DNA of 47,009 nucleotides from Snowella sp. (GTDB lineage: Bacteria > Cyanobacteriota > Cyanobacteriia > Cyanobacteriales > Microcystaceae): positions 1-47,009 of the forward strand of contig JAYKGY010000097.1 of NCBI GenBank assembly GCA_035285545.1, given 5' to 3'. The position numbers and the translations under genes are program-made. Under the pieces are notes generated by a model. The model made no database searches, was not told where the DNA came from, and saw nothing but the letters and a program-made list of their open reading frames with translations. Positions 1 to 10,942 of this stretch are shown in pieces; within the stretch, counting starts at the first letter, position 1; each line of letters starts with the position of its first letter.

Positions 1-286
1 CAGAAAGTTCTGCTGTAAATTCAAGTTTTGGTTGTATCCAAAAATCTGGACTTCCGTTCATTCCATCACAATTTTGATACAGTTCTTTGAGTATGGGTAA
101 GGTCATTAACTCGCGTCTAGCGATATAGGATTGATCTGTATTACAGCAAGTTTCATGAAATTCAAAATCAATGTCAAAAACGATAGATGTCTCAGTCCAA
201 GATTCTTTTACAAAATCCTGTTGTTGATATTCAATTTTGTATTCTGTTAGTAGTTGTGAGATTGTTTGATAGTCATTAAAAGACAT
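1..286 (-). CDS. Cyanobacterial hypothetical protein, 5' part only (runs off window); possibly PD-(D/E)XK/HsdR-N-like
   Basis: Manual translation from ATG at 286: MSFNDYQTISQLLTEYKIEYQQQDFV...ARRELMTLPILKELY...FTAELS, open to the window edge. Starts 12 nt after the mazF stop. Confidence 0.7.
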   Translation of the reverse strand, partial: MSFNDYQTISQLLTEYKIEYQQQDFVKESWTETSIVFDIDFEFHETCCNTDQSYIARRELMTLPILKELYQNCDGMNGSPDFWIQPKLEFTAELS

Positions 287-298
287 AGTTTTTTTAAT

Positions 299-658
299 TT
301 AAGACAATTCATAATCAACACAAATAAGTAAAGCAGCCAGTAATTCCTTTAACAGATCGTCAGATATTTGGCCAATTTTTTTTACAAATCTTTCAGTCGA
401 AATACTCCGAACCTGTAAAACATTCCCCGCAGAATCACAAGTTAATTTATTTTCTGGCGTAACTGAAATTTTTACCATAAAAGGACGATTTTCAAACTTC
501 TCTTGCCAACTGGTAACGGGAATAATAATTCTCATAGGAATTGACACAAGAAAATTTGAACTAATCACAATAACAGGTCTTGTTTTTTGAATTTCCTGTC
601 CTCTCGTCGGATTCAGATCAACCAGCCAAAGCTCGCCCCGTTTTGGATTAATCATCAT
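299..658 (-). CDS. PemK/MazF family toxin (endoribonuclease)
   Basis: KRGELWLVDLNPTRGQEIQKTRPVIVIS and QVRSISTERF are MazF hallmarks; overlaps the upstream gene. Confidence 0.93.
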   Translation of the reverse strand: MMINPKRGELWLVDLNPTRGQEIQKTRPVIVISSNFLVSIPMRIIIPVTSWQEKFENRPFMVKISVTPENKLTCDSAGNVLQVRSISTERFVKKIGQISDDLLKELLAALLICVDYELS

Positions 659-929
659 TCAAATCCCAGTCTACTGTATCTAAAACTTCAAATTCAGTAA
701 GCTCTGGATCATCTTGAAAATCCTGTGCGGTAGAATCCATAAATTGTTGTAAATAACGATGTCTTTCTGTTAGAGGCATTTTTACAATTTGTTGTAAACT
801 CAAGGGTTTAGAATCCTGTACCTCAGAGAAGATAATAATTTCAACTTCTCCCGCTTTTAATTGAATTGATTCATGGGGAATAATTTGCCCAGTTTCGTTA
901 ATGGTTGCCTTGATTTTTTGAGTGTGCAT
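648..929 (-). CDS. Putative antitoxin of the MazF module
   Basis: Small gene overlapping the mazF start; beta-rich N-terminus (IKATINETGQI...GEVEIIIF) and acidic C-tail. Confidence 0.7.
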   Translation of the reverse strand: MHTQKIKATINETGQIIPHESIQLKAGEVEIIIFSEVQDSKPLSLQQIVKMPLTERHRYLQQFMDSTAQDFQDDPELTEFEVLDTVDWDLNDD

Positions 930-1021
930 ATTTTTTTGATAAACGAGAATTTTTATTTTTGAAAGAGAAGTTTAAGAAGCTGAATTATAAATATGGCATT
1001 TAAACATTTGGTTAGGTTCTC

Positions 1022-2269
1022 CTATGGCATTTGTTGAATAATTTCCATTGTTTTAACGCTAACGGTGCAAACTCTTTGCAGTAAATCAATCACTTGCTCT
1101 TTGTAATCCGCAAATTTGTAAGTATTAAAAAGTTTGGCGATGGTCGGATCTTTGGGTTTCTTTTCTTTGTATTGATCGAGTATCCATTCTAGTGCGGATC
1201 GGTTGCCGAGTTTATATTCCCACGCGATCGCGTTTACTCCAATCAATTGTGTATTTTCGTCTAGGGTTATTACTCCATTAATTTTGTCGGCTTTAAGTTT
1301 GGCTTTGGGGTTTTCTTTGTCGGCTATTTCGACTTGTTGTAATCCATAGGGTTCAATAGTTTCATAGTTGAGATGCAATTCCATTAAGGCTTGACCCCAT
1401 TTAACCCATTGGTGAAAGTCTTCGTAAAAAGGCAATCTCGGAAATTCGCGTTTTAGGTTGATTTCGTATTTGCTGCGGTAGTAGGGATGATGGAGAACAG
1501 CATAGGTATAGTGAAAAATGTCGAGTTTGGTGATTTTTGGATCTGTGTAATAGTTTTGAAATTGGGTTAAACCCCAGTCGGTAATATTTTCAATTTGTTG
1601 ACCATTTTCATTGTAACGATAAAGTGGAAGACATTGCCCAGTACGCCCACCTACAGCAACTTCAGGTATACAATCTACAGCCTGAACAAGAAAAGGAATT
1701 TGAGTATGATTTGTTACAGCAATTAGCTTGTTCTCACTTTCTCTTGTTGGAAAAATATTGAACATTTGATAAGTCATACCATTAAAGTTTCTATCAAAAT
1801 AAAGATATTGCTTTACATAAGGTCGATATAAACTATCAACAATTTGAGATTGATCAAAAGATTTATAGATCTTTCGTTCTAAATAATTCTCAAGCTCGCG
1901 ATCCCACTTAATATCTAACTCTTGGCATGTACCACTTTCTAAACGCTCTTGATAAACTTTCACAAAATACTTCATTCGCTCAATCAAAGCCTTTTTTGAA
2001 AAATCATAAACCCATTCATCTCTTTGAGTTTTTACACCTGCCGAAAAAAGTTTTAAAATTGCCTCTTCAGATTTACCAGCTTTTACCTCTTTGTTGATTA
2101 AAGGTAAGAAACTATCAAAATCATTATCAGTTTGGTTGACCCAATTAGCCTTTTTATCTGGTGTAATTTGATCAAAAGGAATCTGCTCAATTTTTATATT
2201 TGCGAACCAATCAAGCTTTTCATCCCTAGTTTGTTCATCTTGCAAGGTAAAGTAAAAAATTTTTGCCAT
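1022..2269 (-). CDS. Type ISP-like R-M C-terminal specificity (TRD) part
   Basis: GVKTQRDEWVYDF, SLYRPYVKQYLYFD, IFHYTYAVLHHPYYRSKY..NLKREFPRLP, AWEYKLGNRSALEWILDQYK. Likely ATG start at 2269 (ORF track starts at TTG 2281). Confidence 0.88.
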   Translation of the reverse strand: MAKIFYFTLQDEQTRDEKLDWFANIKIEQIPFDQITPDKKANWVNQTDNDFDSFLPLINKEVKAGKSEEAILKLFSAGVKTQRDEWVYDFSKKALIERMKYFVKVYQERLESGTCQELDIKWDRELENYLERKIYKSFDQSQIVDSLYRPYVKQYLYFDRNFNGMTYQMFNIFPTRESENKLIAVTNHTQIPFLVQAVDCIPEVAVGGRTGQCLPLYRYNENGQQIENITDWGLTQFQNYYTDPKITKLDIFHYTYAVLHHPYYRSKYEINLKREFPRLPFYEDFHQWVKWGQALMELHLNYETIEPYGLQQVEIADKENPKAKLKADKINGVITLDENTQLIGVNAIAWEYKLGNRSALEWILDQYKEKKPKDPTIAKLFNTYKFADYKEQVIDLLQRVCTVSVKTMEIIQQMP

Positions 2270-2329
2270 CTTTATTTCCAAATTATTTCGATATATTTTC
2301 TAAGATAGCTGTTTCCCTTGTCATAACGA

Positions 2330-4069
2330 TTACTCCTTTGCAACCTTGACTAAAAACATTATAGCAACACCAGTTTGGATGCCAAAGACATTATTTTTCG
2401 TGCCAGAAATTTTAGGATTACTTCTTACATCTGACTGGGTATCAACAATGTAAATATAATCAAACTCATCTGCCAAAGCTCTACGCAATCCATCAAATGT
2501 TTGTGAATCAATAAAAGAACGATTGGTAATAAAAGCAATTAACCCCTGATTTCCCAAGCGATCGCTGGCCCAACGATAAAACCGCGTGTACATATCATAG
2601 ACCGCAATTTGATTTTGAGCCGTCCCTTGTTTGATATAGGTTGCTTTAATTTGTTTATCAATATCTTTGTAAATTTTGTTGGCATTATTTTGATTAAAAT
2701 TTTCTTGCCAAGCATTATAAGGAGGATTACCAATGATGACAGAGATTTTGCGATTATTCTGATCTTGGATTCGCTGAGTATTTTGTACACTCATGGCAAA
2801 TAAATCAAATTGTTTGCCGACAAACCCACAATGCTCCAACGTATCGACTAAACAAATATTTTTAAACTCTTCATACTTTCCCATTTTTTGAGCATAGGTA
2901 AACTCAATATTCAAATTAGCAATGTAATAGGGCAAAATTGCCATCTCATTACAATGAATTTCATGCTTATATTTATGTTCTAATTTGTGGGCAGGTAAAT
3001 ATTCAATTAATTCCGTTACATAAGTTCCTGTTCCCGTACAAGGATCGAGAATTTCTACCCCTTCATCTGCTAATAATTTGCCAAAATGTTGATGAACCAA
3101 ATGATCCGCACTCTCGATCATAAAGCGCACAATTTCATTCGGTGTATAGACAATTCCTAACCGATCCGCCGCCTTGGGATTATAGGCTTTATAGAAATTT
3201 TCATAGAGAGCTTTTAGAAACTTTTGTTTCTCATGGTGATTAGCAATATTTTCCGAACTCCGACGAATCACAGCATAATAATATTCAATGCTTTTCAGCG
3301 TATTGCGGCGAGTTGCCCCTGTAAAAAATGTGTCAATCATTGCTGATAGTTCACGAGCAATATTATTTTCTCGATGAAACTGAGCCTCATGAAAAATATT
3401 CGTAAAAATATCCTCAGTCAGAATGTGCTGAATCACCATCTCATGCACATCAAAAATCGTAATTTCAGGATTAATCGACTGCCGACAAACTTCTAAAAAT
3501 GTGTTTCGGCGATCGTGGAATTGTGAATTTTCTTTTTCGGCTAATTGAATTGTTTCCCGTAATTTATCCAAAATAGAGGGAATATCTTCCTTGAATTGCG
3601 TAATGGCTGCGCGAAAATCTCGAACCTCTGGCCGTTCATAATCGACAAATACATTCAAGAGATGATCCAGTGCATCCACATCCCGCATGGACACTCGCCC
3701 AATTTCCTGACGATTCTGAATTAAAACGGCAGTCTGAGAATCCTCAAACAAAATATTTTCATCGGGATAACCTTTTTCAAACTTTTTCTCGATTTCCTCA
3801 TCAAGGCGATCATACTGATCCTTACTTTCCCACCAACCATGCTCCAACCGAATCGCATCTTTGATAGTTCCATCTGGAAAAACCGTGGTGTTAAACTTCG
3901 TTTTAAAATCCAATTCGGGAACTAATAAATAATTGCGCGGCTTACAATACTCATTTAATAAACGTTCAAACGCATTACGAATAGTAGTTTCTTTTTTTGA
4001 ACCACCATATTGAATGATTTTTTGAACATCTGCTTGATATTGAGAAACCAGTAGTCGAGACATAATCAA
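2330..4069 (-). CDS. N6-adenine DNA methyltransferase with N-terminal PD-(D/E)XK nuclease-like domain (type IIG/ISP-like, N-terminal part)
   Basis: PDGT..WESKD nuclease motif, GIVYTPNEIV, motif I LDPCTGTG, motif IV GNPPY; no helicase domain. Confidence 0.9.
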   Translation of the reverse strand: MIMSRLLVSQYQADVQKIIQYGGSKKETTIRNAFERLLNEYCKPRNYLLVPELDFKTKFNTTVFPDGTIKDAIRLEHGWWESKDQYDRLDEEIEKKFEKGYPDENILFEDSQTAVLIQNRQEIGRVSMRDVDALDHLLNVFVDYERPEVRDFRAAITQFKEDIPSILDKLRETIQLAEKENSQFHDRRNTFLEVCRQSINPEITIFDVHEMVIQHILTEDIFTNIFHEAQFHRENNIARELSAMIDTFFTGATRRNTLKSIEYYYAVIRRSSENIANHHEKQKFLKALYENFYKAYNPKAADRLGIVYTPNEIVRFMIESADHLVHQHFGKLLADEGVEILDPCTGTGTYVTELIEYLPAHKLEHKYKHEIHCNEMAILPYYIANLNIEFTYAQKMGKYEEFKNICLVDTLEHCGFVGKQFDLFAMSVQNTQRIQDQNNRKISVIIGNPPYNAWQENFNQNNANKIYKDIDKQIKATYIKQGTAQNQIAVYDMYTRFYRWASDRLGNQGLIAFITNRSFIDSQTFDGLRRALADEFDYIYIVDTQSDVRSNPKISGTKNNVFGIQTGVAIMFLVKVAKE

Positions 4070-4387
4070 AGAAAATCAGCTTAAATTTGATGGGCGATCG
4101 CGCTAAAGAATCCTTTACTATAAATTGATTACCAGCTAAATTTTTAATTTAATCTAAGTAGTAAATTTATGGCGAATATAACTCATATTACCAGCATTTT
4201 CTTATGAATGAGCTATTTTATCAATACATTTTAAATTAACGCGATCGCGTATTTTAATTGATCCAGCCAACTGATTGAGAAAATTTACCTAGTCCAATAT
4301 TCGATAGAATGGACACACCCTATAATATGTAAGCAAGGGACTAAAAAACTGACCCTCCCTTTGGAGTAGCTGGAGACACAAACACAC

Positions 4388-6679
4388 ATGGGCAAAGTAG
4401 TCGGCATTGACTTGGGCACAACCAACTCCGTAGTAGCCGTGATGGAAGGTGGCAAACCAGTCGTTATTGCCAATTCAGAAGGAATGCGAACCACGCCTTC
4501 TGTGGTTGGTTTTAATAAAGACGGAGAATTTGTTGCTGGGCAAATGGCGCGGCGACAGTCAGTCCTGAATCCTCAAAATACCTTTTCTGGGGTCAAACGC
4601 TACATGGGGCGACGTTATGGGGAATTAACGGCGGAATCGAAAAAAGTTCCCTACACCATTCGCCGAGATGAAAACGACAATATTAAAATTCGCTGTCCCC
4701 GTCTGAAAAAAGACTTTGCGCCTGAAGAAATTTCGGCCATGATTTTACGGAAATTAGCCGAAGAAGCCAGCCGCTATTTAGGGGAAAAAGTCACAGGAGC
4801 CGTGATTACCGTTCCCGCTTATTTTAATGATTCCCAACGGCAAGCGACTAGAGATGCAGGACGAATTGCAGGCTTAGAAGTTTTACGCATTATCAACGAA
4901 CCCACCGCAGCCGCCCTAGCTTACGGACTCGATCAACGCACGAATAAAAAAATTCTCGTTTTTGACTTAGGGGGCGGAACCTTTGACGTTTCTATTCTCG
5001 AAGTTGGCGATGGCGTTTTTGAGGTTAAAGCAACGAGTGGAGATACTCAGTTAGGGGGTAATGATTTTGATAAACGCATTGTCAATTGGTTAGCGGAAAA
5101 ATTTCTAGAAACTGACAAAGTTGACCTCCGAGAAGACCGTCAAGCCCTACAACGTCTCACGGAAGCCGCAGAAAAAGCCAAAATTGAACTTTCAGGAGTC
5201 AGCGCTACCGACATTAACTTACCCTTTATCACTGCAACCGAAGAAGAAGGGCCAAAACATTTAGAAACGCGGTTAACCCGTGCAGAATTTGAAGACCTTG
5301 CTGGGGATTTGGTCAGCCGTTTACGTCGTCCGGTTAAGCGGGTTTTATCGGATGCAGGTTTAAGTCCGGTTCAAGTTGATGAAGTGGTGCTAGTCGGTGG
5401 CGGCACACGGATGCCGATGATTAAAGAACTCGTCCGTAGTTTTATTGATCGAGAACCCAATGAAAACGTTAATCCTGATGAAGTAGTCGCGATCGGTGCA
5501 GCGATTCAAGCCGGAGTTTTAGGGGGCGAAGTAAAAGATGTTTTACTGTTGGACGTTACGCCCTTATCCTTGGGATTAGAAACCATCGGCGGCGTAATGA
5601 AAAAGTTATTGCCTCGTAACACTACTATTCCTGTAAGAAAATCCGATGTTTTTTCAACAGGTGAAAATAATCAAACGATGGTGGAAATTCACGTTCTCCA
5701 GGGAGAGCGAGAAATGGCGGCTGATAATAAATCTCTGGGTCGCTTCAAGTTAACCGGAATCCCCCCTGCGCCACGAGGGATGCCCCAGATCCAAGTCTCT
5801 TTTGATATTGATGCGAATGGCATTTTGCAAGTAACCGCACGAGATAAAACCACAGGACGGGAGCAAAGCATTACGGTGCAAGGGGCTTCAACCCTGAGTG
5901 AGTTTGAAGTGAATCGCATGATCCAAGAAGCAGAACAATTTGCTGATCAGGATCGAGAACGCCGCGAACGCATCGAAAAACGCAATAAAGCCAAAGCCTT
6001 GACGGATCAAGCCCAACGTCGTCTGAAGGAAGTAACCCTAGATTTTGGTAGTGCCTTTACCACTTCCTATCGTCGGCAAGTTGATGCGTTATCGGCTGAA
6101 ATTTTAGATAGTTTAGAAAAAGACGATGAACGCCGTTTAGATCGTGCCCAAGCTGATTTACAGGATGTTTTGTACGAGTTAAATCGAGAAGTTCGTCTGC
6201 AATACGAAGAAGAGGATGAAGGCTTCTTTTCTGCTTTGAAGAAAACCTTTACGGGTGACGATGACGATGATGATCTGTATGTAACTCGTCGGGTGGATTA
6301 TCAAGATGAGTATCGCCCTTATCGCAACGAAACGCGCGGTGCATCCTATCGATCGCCGAGTAATCCCCCTATGAGAGATAACTATCGAGACAATTATCGG
6401 AGCAATTCTTCGGGTTATTCAGATTATGATACGAGTCGGACAACCCGTTATCGTAACGAGAATGCCTATGGGGATTTTGATAATTCGGGCGATTATGATT
6501 ACAATCGTTCGAGTAATGCTCGTCCTCGTCAGCGGCCAACCAATAATGGGGATTATGCTGACAGACCTGCCCAAAATCGCTATAGTCGCACCGAAGAACG
6601 TAATAATAATCGAGGTCGTGCCCGTAACTTGCCCCCCGAAAATAACTGGGATGATGACGATGATGATGATTGGTTCTAG
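4388..6679 (+). CDS. dnaK: Chaperone DnaK (DnaK3-type with long C-terminal extension)
   Basis: [30 protein letters not shown]; acidic tail ending [10 protein letters not shown]; followed by dnaJ. Confidence 0.97.
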   Translation: MGKVVGIDLGTTNSVVAVMEGGKPVVIANSEGMRTTPSVVGFNKDGEFVAGQMARRQSVLNPQNTFSGVKRYMGRRYGELTAESKKVPYTIRRDENDNIKIRCPRLKKDFAPEEISAMILRKLAEEASRYLGEKVTGAVITVPAYFNDSQRQATRDAGRIAGLEVLRIINEPTAAALAYGLDQRTNKKILVFDLGGGTFDVSILEVGDGVFEVKATSGDTQLGGNDFDKRIVNWLAEKFLETDKVDLREDRQALQRLTEAAEKAKIELSGVSATDINLPFITATEEEGPKHLETRLTRAEFEDLAGDLVSRLRRPVKRVLSDAGLSPVQVDEVVLVGGGTRMPMIKELVRSFIDREPNENVNPDEVVAIGAAIQAGVLGGEVKDVLLLDVTPLSLGLETIGGVMKKLLPRNTTIPVRKSDVFSTGENNQTMVEIHVLQGEREMAADNKSLGRFKLTGIPPAPRGMPQIQVSFDIDANGILQVTARDKTTGREQSITVQGASTLSEFEVNRMIQEAEQFADQDRERRERIEKRNKAKALTDQAQRRLKEVTLDFGSAFTTSYRRQVDALSAEILDSLEKDDERRLDRAQADLQDVLYELNREVRLQYEEEDEGFFSALKKTFTGDDDDDDLYVTRRVDYQDEYRPYRNETRGASYRSPSNPPMRDNYRDNYRSNSSGYSDYDTSRTTRYRNENAYGDFDNSGDYDYNRSSNARPRQRPTNNGDYADRPAQNRYSRTEERNNNRGRARNLPPENNWDDDDDDDWF

Positions 6680-6692
6680 GGAGTGGTTAGTA

Positions 6693-6734
6693 AATAGTGA
6701 ATAGGGAATAGGGAATAGGGAATAGTGAATAGGT
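6693..6734 (+). repeat. Heptamer tandem repeat (STRR-like) AATAG(G/T)G x6
   Basis: AATAGTG AATAGGG AATAGGG AATAGGG AATAGTG AATAGGT read directly. Confidence 0.9.
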
Positions 6735-6800
6735 ATTAATGAATAATCGAAAGAACTATTAGGCATTCAGATAATTAATAATTCATTTTTCACCTTTAGC

Positions 6801-6884
6801 TATTAACTATTCATTATTAACTATTCATTATTAACTATTAACTATTAACTATTAACTATTAACTATTAACTATTCATTATTAAC
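6801..6884 (+). repeat. Heptamer tandem repeat (STRR-like) TATTAAC/TATTCAT x12
   Basis: Twelve contiguous 7-mers ending 9 nt before the dnaJ ATG. Confidence 0.92.
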
Positions 6885-6893
6885 TAATTTTCT

Positions 6894-7772
6894 ATGCAAC
6901 AAGTGCGTAATTATTATCAAATTCTAGGAGTTCCTAGAGATGCAAGCAGTGAAGAAATAAAAAAGACCTTTCGGAAATTAGCTAGACAATATCACCCCGA
7001 TGTTAATCCCAATAATAAGTTAGCAGAGGAGAAATTTAAGGATATTAATGAAGCCTACGATGTTCTTTCCGATGAAACTTCACGGGCGGATTACGATAAT
7101 TTGTTGTTTGGCAGAGGCAAGCGCAAACCAGGGGCACGACCCCAGAATAATAATCGCAATGGTGCGGGTAGCAATCGGCAAGCTGCGGAATATTGGAAAG
7201 ATTTTGCTCCCCAGACGACGAAACGTACCAAGGTCGTGAATCCTAGCCGCCCTTCACCGAGAGACGTAGAAGCCAAGTTAACCATTTCCTTAGAAAAAGC
7301 CTATCGTGGTGGACGGGAACGCATTCGGTTAGAAGATGGGCGATCGCTGGAAGTGGAAATGCCGATAGGAATGATTAACGGTCAACGCATTCGGCTCAAG
7401 GAACAAGGGGTAAACGGGGGAGACTTATACCTCAAAATTGGGATTGCCCCCCATCCTTTTTTTGAAGTGCAGGGGTCGGATATTTTTTGTCGAATTCCCG
7501 TTACGCCCAGCGAAGCGATTTTGGGGGGAGCCATTGAAATTCCTACCATTGATGGGTTAGTCAAAATGATGGTTCCCAAAGGAGTCAAAGCAGGACAACG
7601 CTTACGGTTAGCGCAAAAAGGTTATCCTGATGGTCGGGGCAGTCGGGGCGATCAATTGGTAGAAATTCAAATTGCCATACCCCCAGAACCCAGCGAGAAA
7701 GAATTAGAGCTTTATCAAGCCATTCGTGAGTTGGAAAGTTTTAATCCCCGTAAACCGTTCTTAAATGTTTAA
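6894..7772 (+). CDS. dnaJ: DnaJ-class co-chaperone (type II, CbpA-like, no Zn finger)
   Basis: J domain with HPD motif plus DnaJ C-terminal domain. Confidence 0.93.
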   Translation: MQQVRNYYQILGVPRDASSEEIKKTFRKLARQYHPDVNPNNKLAEEKFKDINEAYDVLSDETSRADYDNLLFGRGKRKPGARPQNNNRNGAGSNRQAAEYWKDFAPQTTKRTKVVNPSRPSPRDVEAKLTISLEKAYRGGRERIRLEDGRSLEVEMPIGMINGQRIRLKEQGVNGGDLYLKIGIAPHPFFEVQGSDIFCRIPVTPSEAILGGAIEIPTIDGLVKMMVPKGVKAGQRLRLAQKGYPDGRGSRGDQLVEIQIAIPPEPSEKELELYQAIRELESFNPRKPFLNV

Positions 7773-8939
7773 ATCAAGAAATTCCGCAATTTTAGTAACC
7801 GCTTCTTCTAAAATCGGGGGATCATAAACCAAAGCAAAACGCACATAACCTTCTCCCGCTTTCCCAAAGCCCGATCCTGGTGATGCTGCAACCCCTGTTT
7901 CTAGTAATAATTGCGTGCAAAATTCCACCGAACTTCCTTGCCAATGCTCAGGTAACTTTGCCCAAATATACATGGTGGCTTCGGGTGTGGGAACGTTCCA
8001 GCCAATGTTATGCAAGGCATTGACAAAGGCATCTCGACGGTGTTCAAAGTGGTTAATAGTTGCTTTCACTAAACTAGGTGGGCTATTTAAAGCCGCGATC
8101 GCGCCTCGAAAAATGCCTTGATATTGGTTAAAGTCCACCATTGCCTTAATTTTACGCAAATTCAGGATTAATTCCGTATTGCCAATGGCAAACCCGACCC
8201 GAAAGCCGCCCATGTTGTAGGACTTGGAAAAGGTAAAAAATTCAATCGATAACTCTTTTTGGGGATCAGCTTGCAAAACTGAAGGCGGTAAAGGCGTGTC
8301 ACCAAAAACAAAATCAAAATAGGGGAAATCGTGGACTAACACTAAATTATGTTGCCGACAGAAGTTAACCGCTTCTTGGAAAAACTCTAAAGGCGCGATC
8401 GCGGTGGTGGGATTGTGGGGATAGCTCAACACCATTAATTTGGACTGAGCTAAAACCGTATCAGGAATGTCAGAAAAAACAGGTAAAAATTGATTTTTCG
8501 CCAGCAAGGGCATGGCATAAATTTGTCCCCCTGCGAGGTAAACGCCGCCTGCATGGGAAGGATAACCAGGATCAAGTAATAAGGCAAAATCCCCCGGATT
8601 TAAAATCGCAAGCGGTAAATGAGCGGTTCCTTCCTGGGAGCCAATGAGGGGTAAAACTTCAGTATTTGCATCAACGGCTATACCAAAGCGGTTTTTATAC
8701 CAACTGGCAACAGCTTCGCGAAAATCCTGGGTTCCGTTGTATAACAGATATCCGTGAGTGCTAGGGTCATACAGCGATCGCTCAATTTCCGCCAGAATGC
8801 TTTTATCAACGGGTAAATCAGAGGAACCCAAAGATAAATCAATAATGGATTTTCCTAAACGTTTGGCCTCGGTTTTAACCCGATCCATATCGTCAAAAAC
8901 ATTGGACTGTAGAGCTTGTAAGCGTTGGGCAAACTGCAT
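7761..8939 (-). CDS. Class I/II PLP-dependent aminotransferase (LL-DAP/aspartate aminotransferase-like)
   Basis: [27 protein letters not shown]-lysine motif. Confidence 0.9.
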   Translation of the reverse strand: MQFAQRLQALQSNVFDDMDRVKTEAKRLGKSIIDLSLGSSDLPVDKSILAEIERSLYDPSTHGYLLYNGTQDFREAVASWYKNRFGIAVDANTEVLPLIGSQEGTAHLPLAILNPGDFALLLDPGYPSHAGGVYLAGGQIYAMPLLAKNQFLPVFSDIPDTVLAQSKLMVLSYPHNPTTAIAPLEFFQEAVNFCRQHNLVLVHDFPYFDFVFGDTPLPPSVLQADPQKELSIEFFTFSKSYNMGGFRVGFAIGNTELILNLRKIKAMVDFNQYQGIFRGAIAALNSPPSLVKATINHFEHRRDAFVNALHNIGWNVPTPEATMYIWAKLPEHWQGSSVEFCTQLLLETGVAASPGSGFGKAGEGYVRFALVYDPPILEEAVTKIAEFLDLNI

Positions 8940-8980
8940 GATTTTAGACTTTGTTGAGACTTAATAACTTTAGTAAATAA

Positions 8981-10942
8981 TTAAAAAACCGTCATGAATT
9001 CTGGATTGGCTGTCACTACTTGCATTGATTTCTGATAAACCGCCAAATCAAACCAAAATGTTGTTCCTACGCCCACTTCGCTCACTAAATGAATATGGCT
9101 ATGGTGTTTATCAATAATATTTTTGACAATGGAAAGCCCTAAACCCGTTCCTTCAAGGGTGTGAACCCGATTTTCGACCCGATAAAAACGATCAAAAATC
9201 GCCTCTTGATCCTCTAAATCAATCCCAATTCCGGTATCAGAAACCTCAATACGAACAAAGGCTAAAAGCTGATCTTCTTCAGCGCGTCGTTCAATTTTTG
9301 AAGCCCGAATCGCAATTATCCCGCCCGCAGGGGTAAATTTAACTGCATTTCCCACCAAATTGGTCATTACCTGCAAGAGCAAGTCATAATGCCCTAAAAC
9401 AGGCGGTAAACCCGCTTCAATCTCTTGGCATAATTGCAATCCCTTATCTTTAGCGTTGAGTTGATAGGAACGCAGCGTTTGTTCAATTAACTGATTAATA
9501 TCTACCGCATCTAAATTATAAATTCGGGAAGATTCTAAACGGGATAAATCCAAAACATCATTGACTAAACGAGTAAGCCGATCCGTTTCATGATTCGCGG
9601 TTTGTAAAAACTCGTGTCGTTCCACTTCTGTTAAATCTTCTCCAAATTCACAGAGCGTTTCAATAAAGGATTTGATATTAAATAAGGGGGTGCGGAGTTC
9701 GTGGGAAACATTACTAATGAATTGGCTTTTGGCTTCGTTGAGTTCCACTTCCCTGGTAATGTCCTGTACCGTCATCACAATGCCCTTGACCGTTTCTCGA
9801 TGCTGGTCAAACACATGGGTTAACATCAGCCGAATAGTACGGGGGAGCGGTTGGGTTAGCGTCAGACGAAATTCTTCAGAATCATTAGCATCATCTTGAG
9901 GAATGCCAGGGCGATCGCTGGCCATAGTTTTCAACGGTTGGGTTAATTGAGCCGTAATCTCAGGGGGTAAATGTTCGAGGACATTTTTGCCAGTAAAGTC
10001 CTGACTATCCCAGGCAAATAAACGCCGTGCCGTCGGATTGGCTAAAAGTAACTGAAGATTGGTATCGACTAAGATCGCCCCATCCGCAATGGTTGAAACT
10101 AGCGTATCTAATTTGGCTTTTTCCGCCGTTAACTCTTCAATATTTTGTTCTTCATAGCGTTCTAGGCGTTCCGCCATTTCATTAAAACTATCAATTAATT
10201 CTCCTAATTCCCCCCCAAAGGGTAAATCAATTCGTTGTTTGAAATTCCCCCTAGCAATATTTTTAACCCCTAATAACAATTCTTTAATGGGTTGAGTAAT
10301 GGTTAAGGCATTAAAGACTGCGCCTAAGATAACCATGACCCAGATGGAAATAAACACTGCAATGGTGACATCACGGGTTAGGTTGGAAGAATTGACCACC
10401 GCTGCATTGGGGTTGATGCCTAAAGCAAGTACCCCTAAATAGCGACCTTCATGTTTGAGAGGAACAAAGACATCGGTAACTTCGCCGTTGGGGGTGTGGT
10501 GCTGACGAACCAGGGGTAATTCTGCATCTTCAAAATGGTCGTCAGGTAGTTCAATGTGTCGTTCAATAATTAAGGAGTTCTGGACTTCTGTTTCTGAATA
10601 GGGAACACCGAAAAAGATTTTGCCCTGTTGATCGGCATAGATCATGTAGCGGACGCTGGAAGTGCTTTCGTAAAAACGACTGGAAAAACGCGCAACCTCG
10701 GTTAAATTCTTCTCATCGACTAAATGACTGACATTGGCCGCTAATAATAAACCCAAATCGCGACCAAAACGGGTATCACTGAGTTGGGCATCTTGCTGAA
10801 TGGTATTAACCGCCCAAAAGGTGAGTCCACTCATAAATAGGGAAACAACGAGGGTTGCTGCGGCCATTAAGCGAGTTTGTAGGGGAAACTCAGACCACCA
10901 GCGACTAATGAGGGCTTGAATTGTATTCAGAAAGACCACCAA
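8981..10942 (-). CDS. nblS: Sensor histidine kinase NblS/Hik33/DspA
   Basis: WWSEFPLQTRLMAAATLVVS N-terminus; 2 TM segments, HAMP, PAS, SHELRTPL H-box, HATPase. Confidence 0.95.
   Translation of the reverse strand: MVVFLNTIQALISRWWSEFPLQTRLMAAATLVVSLFMSGLTFWAVNTIQQDAQLSDTRFGRDLGLLLAANVSHLVDEKNLTEVARFSSRFYESTSSVRYMIYADQQGKIFFGVPYSETEVQNSLIIERHIELPDDHFEDAELPLVRQHHTPNGEVTDVFVPLKHEGRYLGVLALGINPNAAVVNSSNLTRDVTIAVFISIWVMVILGAVFNALTITQPIKELLLGVKNIARGNFKQRIDLPFGGELGELIDSFNEMAERLERYEEQNIEELTAEKAKLDTLVSTIADGAILVDTNLQLLLANPTARRLFAWDSQDFTGKNVLEHLPPEITAQLTQPLKTMASDRPGIPQDDANDSEEFRLTLTQPLPRTIRLMLTHVFDQHRETVKGIVMTVQDITREVELNEAKSQFISNVSHELRTPLFNIKSFIETLCEFGEDLTEVERHEFLQTANHETDRLTRLVNDVLDLSRLESSRIYNLDAVDINQLIEQTLRSYQLNAKDKGLQLCQEIEAGLPPVLGHYDLLLQVMTNLVGNAVKFTPAGGIIAIRASKIERRAEEDQLLAFVRIEVSDTGIGIDLEDQEAIFDRFYRVENRVHTLEGTGLGLSIVKNIIDKHHSHIHLVSEVGVGTTFWFDLAVYQKSMQVVTANPEFMTVF

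Noticed and set aside
2316..2334. TCATAACGA core resembling the PerR/FurC box
   Set aside because: Only 11/19 match, with poor flanks and no promoter or redox-gene context.
6693..6884. CRISPR array
   Set aside because: Contiguous 7-mers without spacers; no cas genes.
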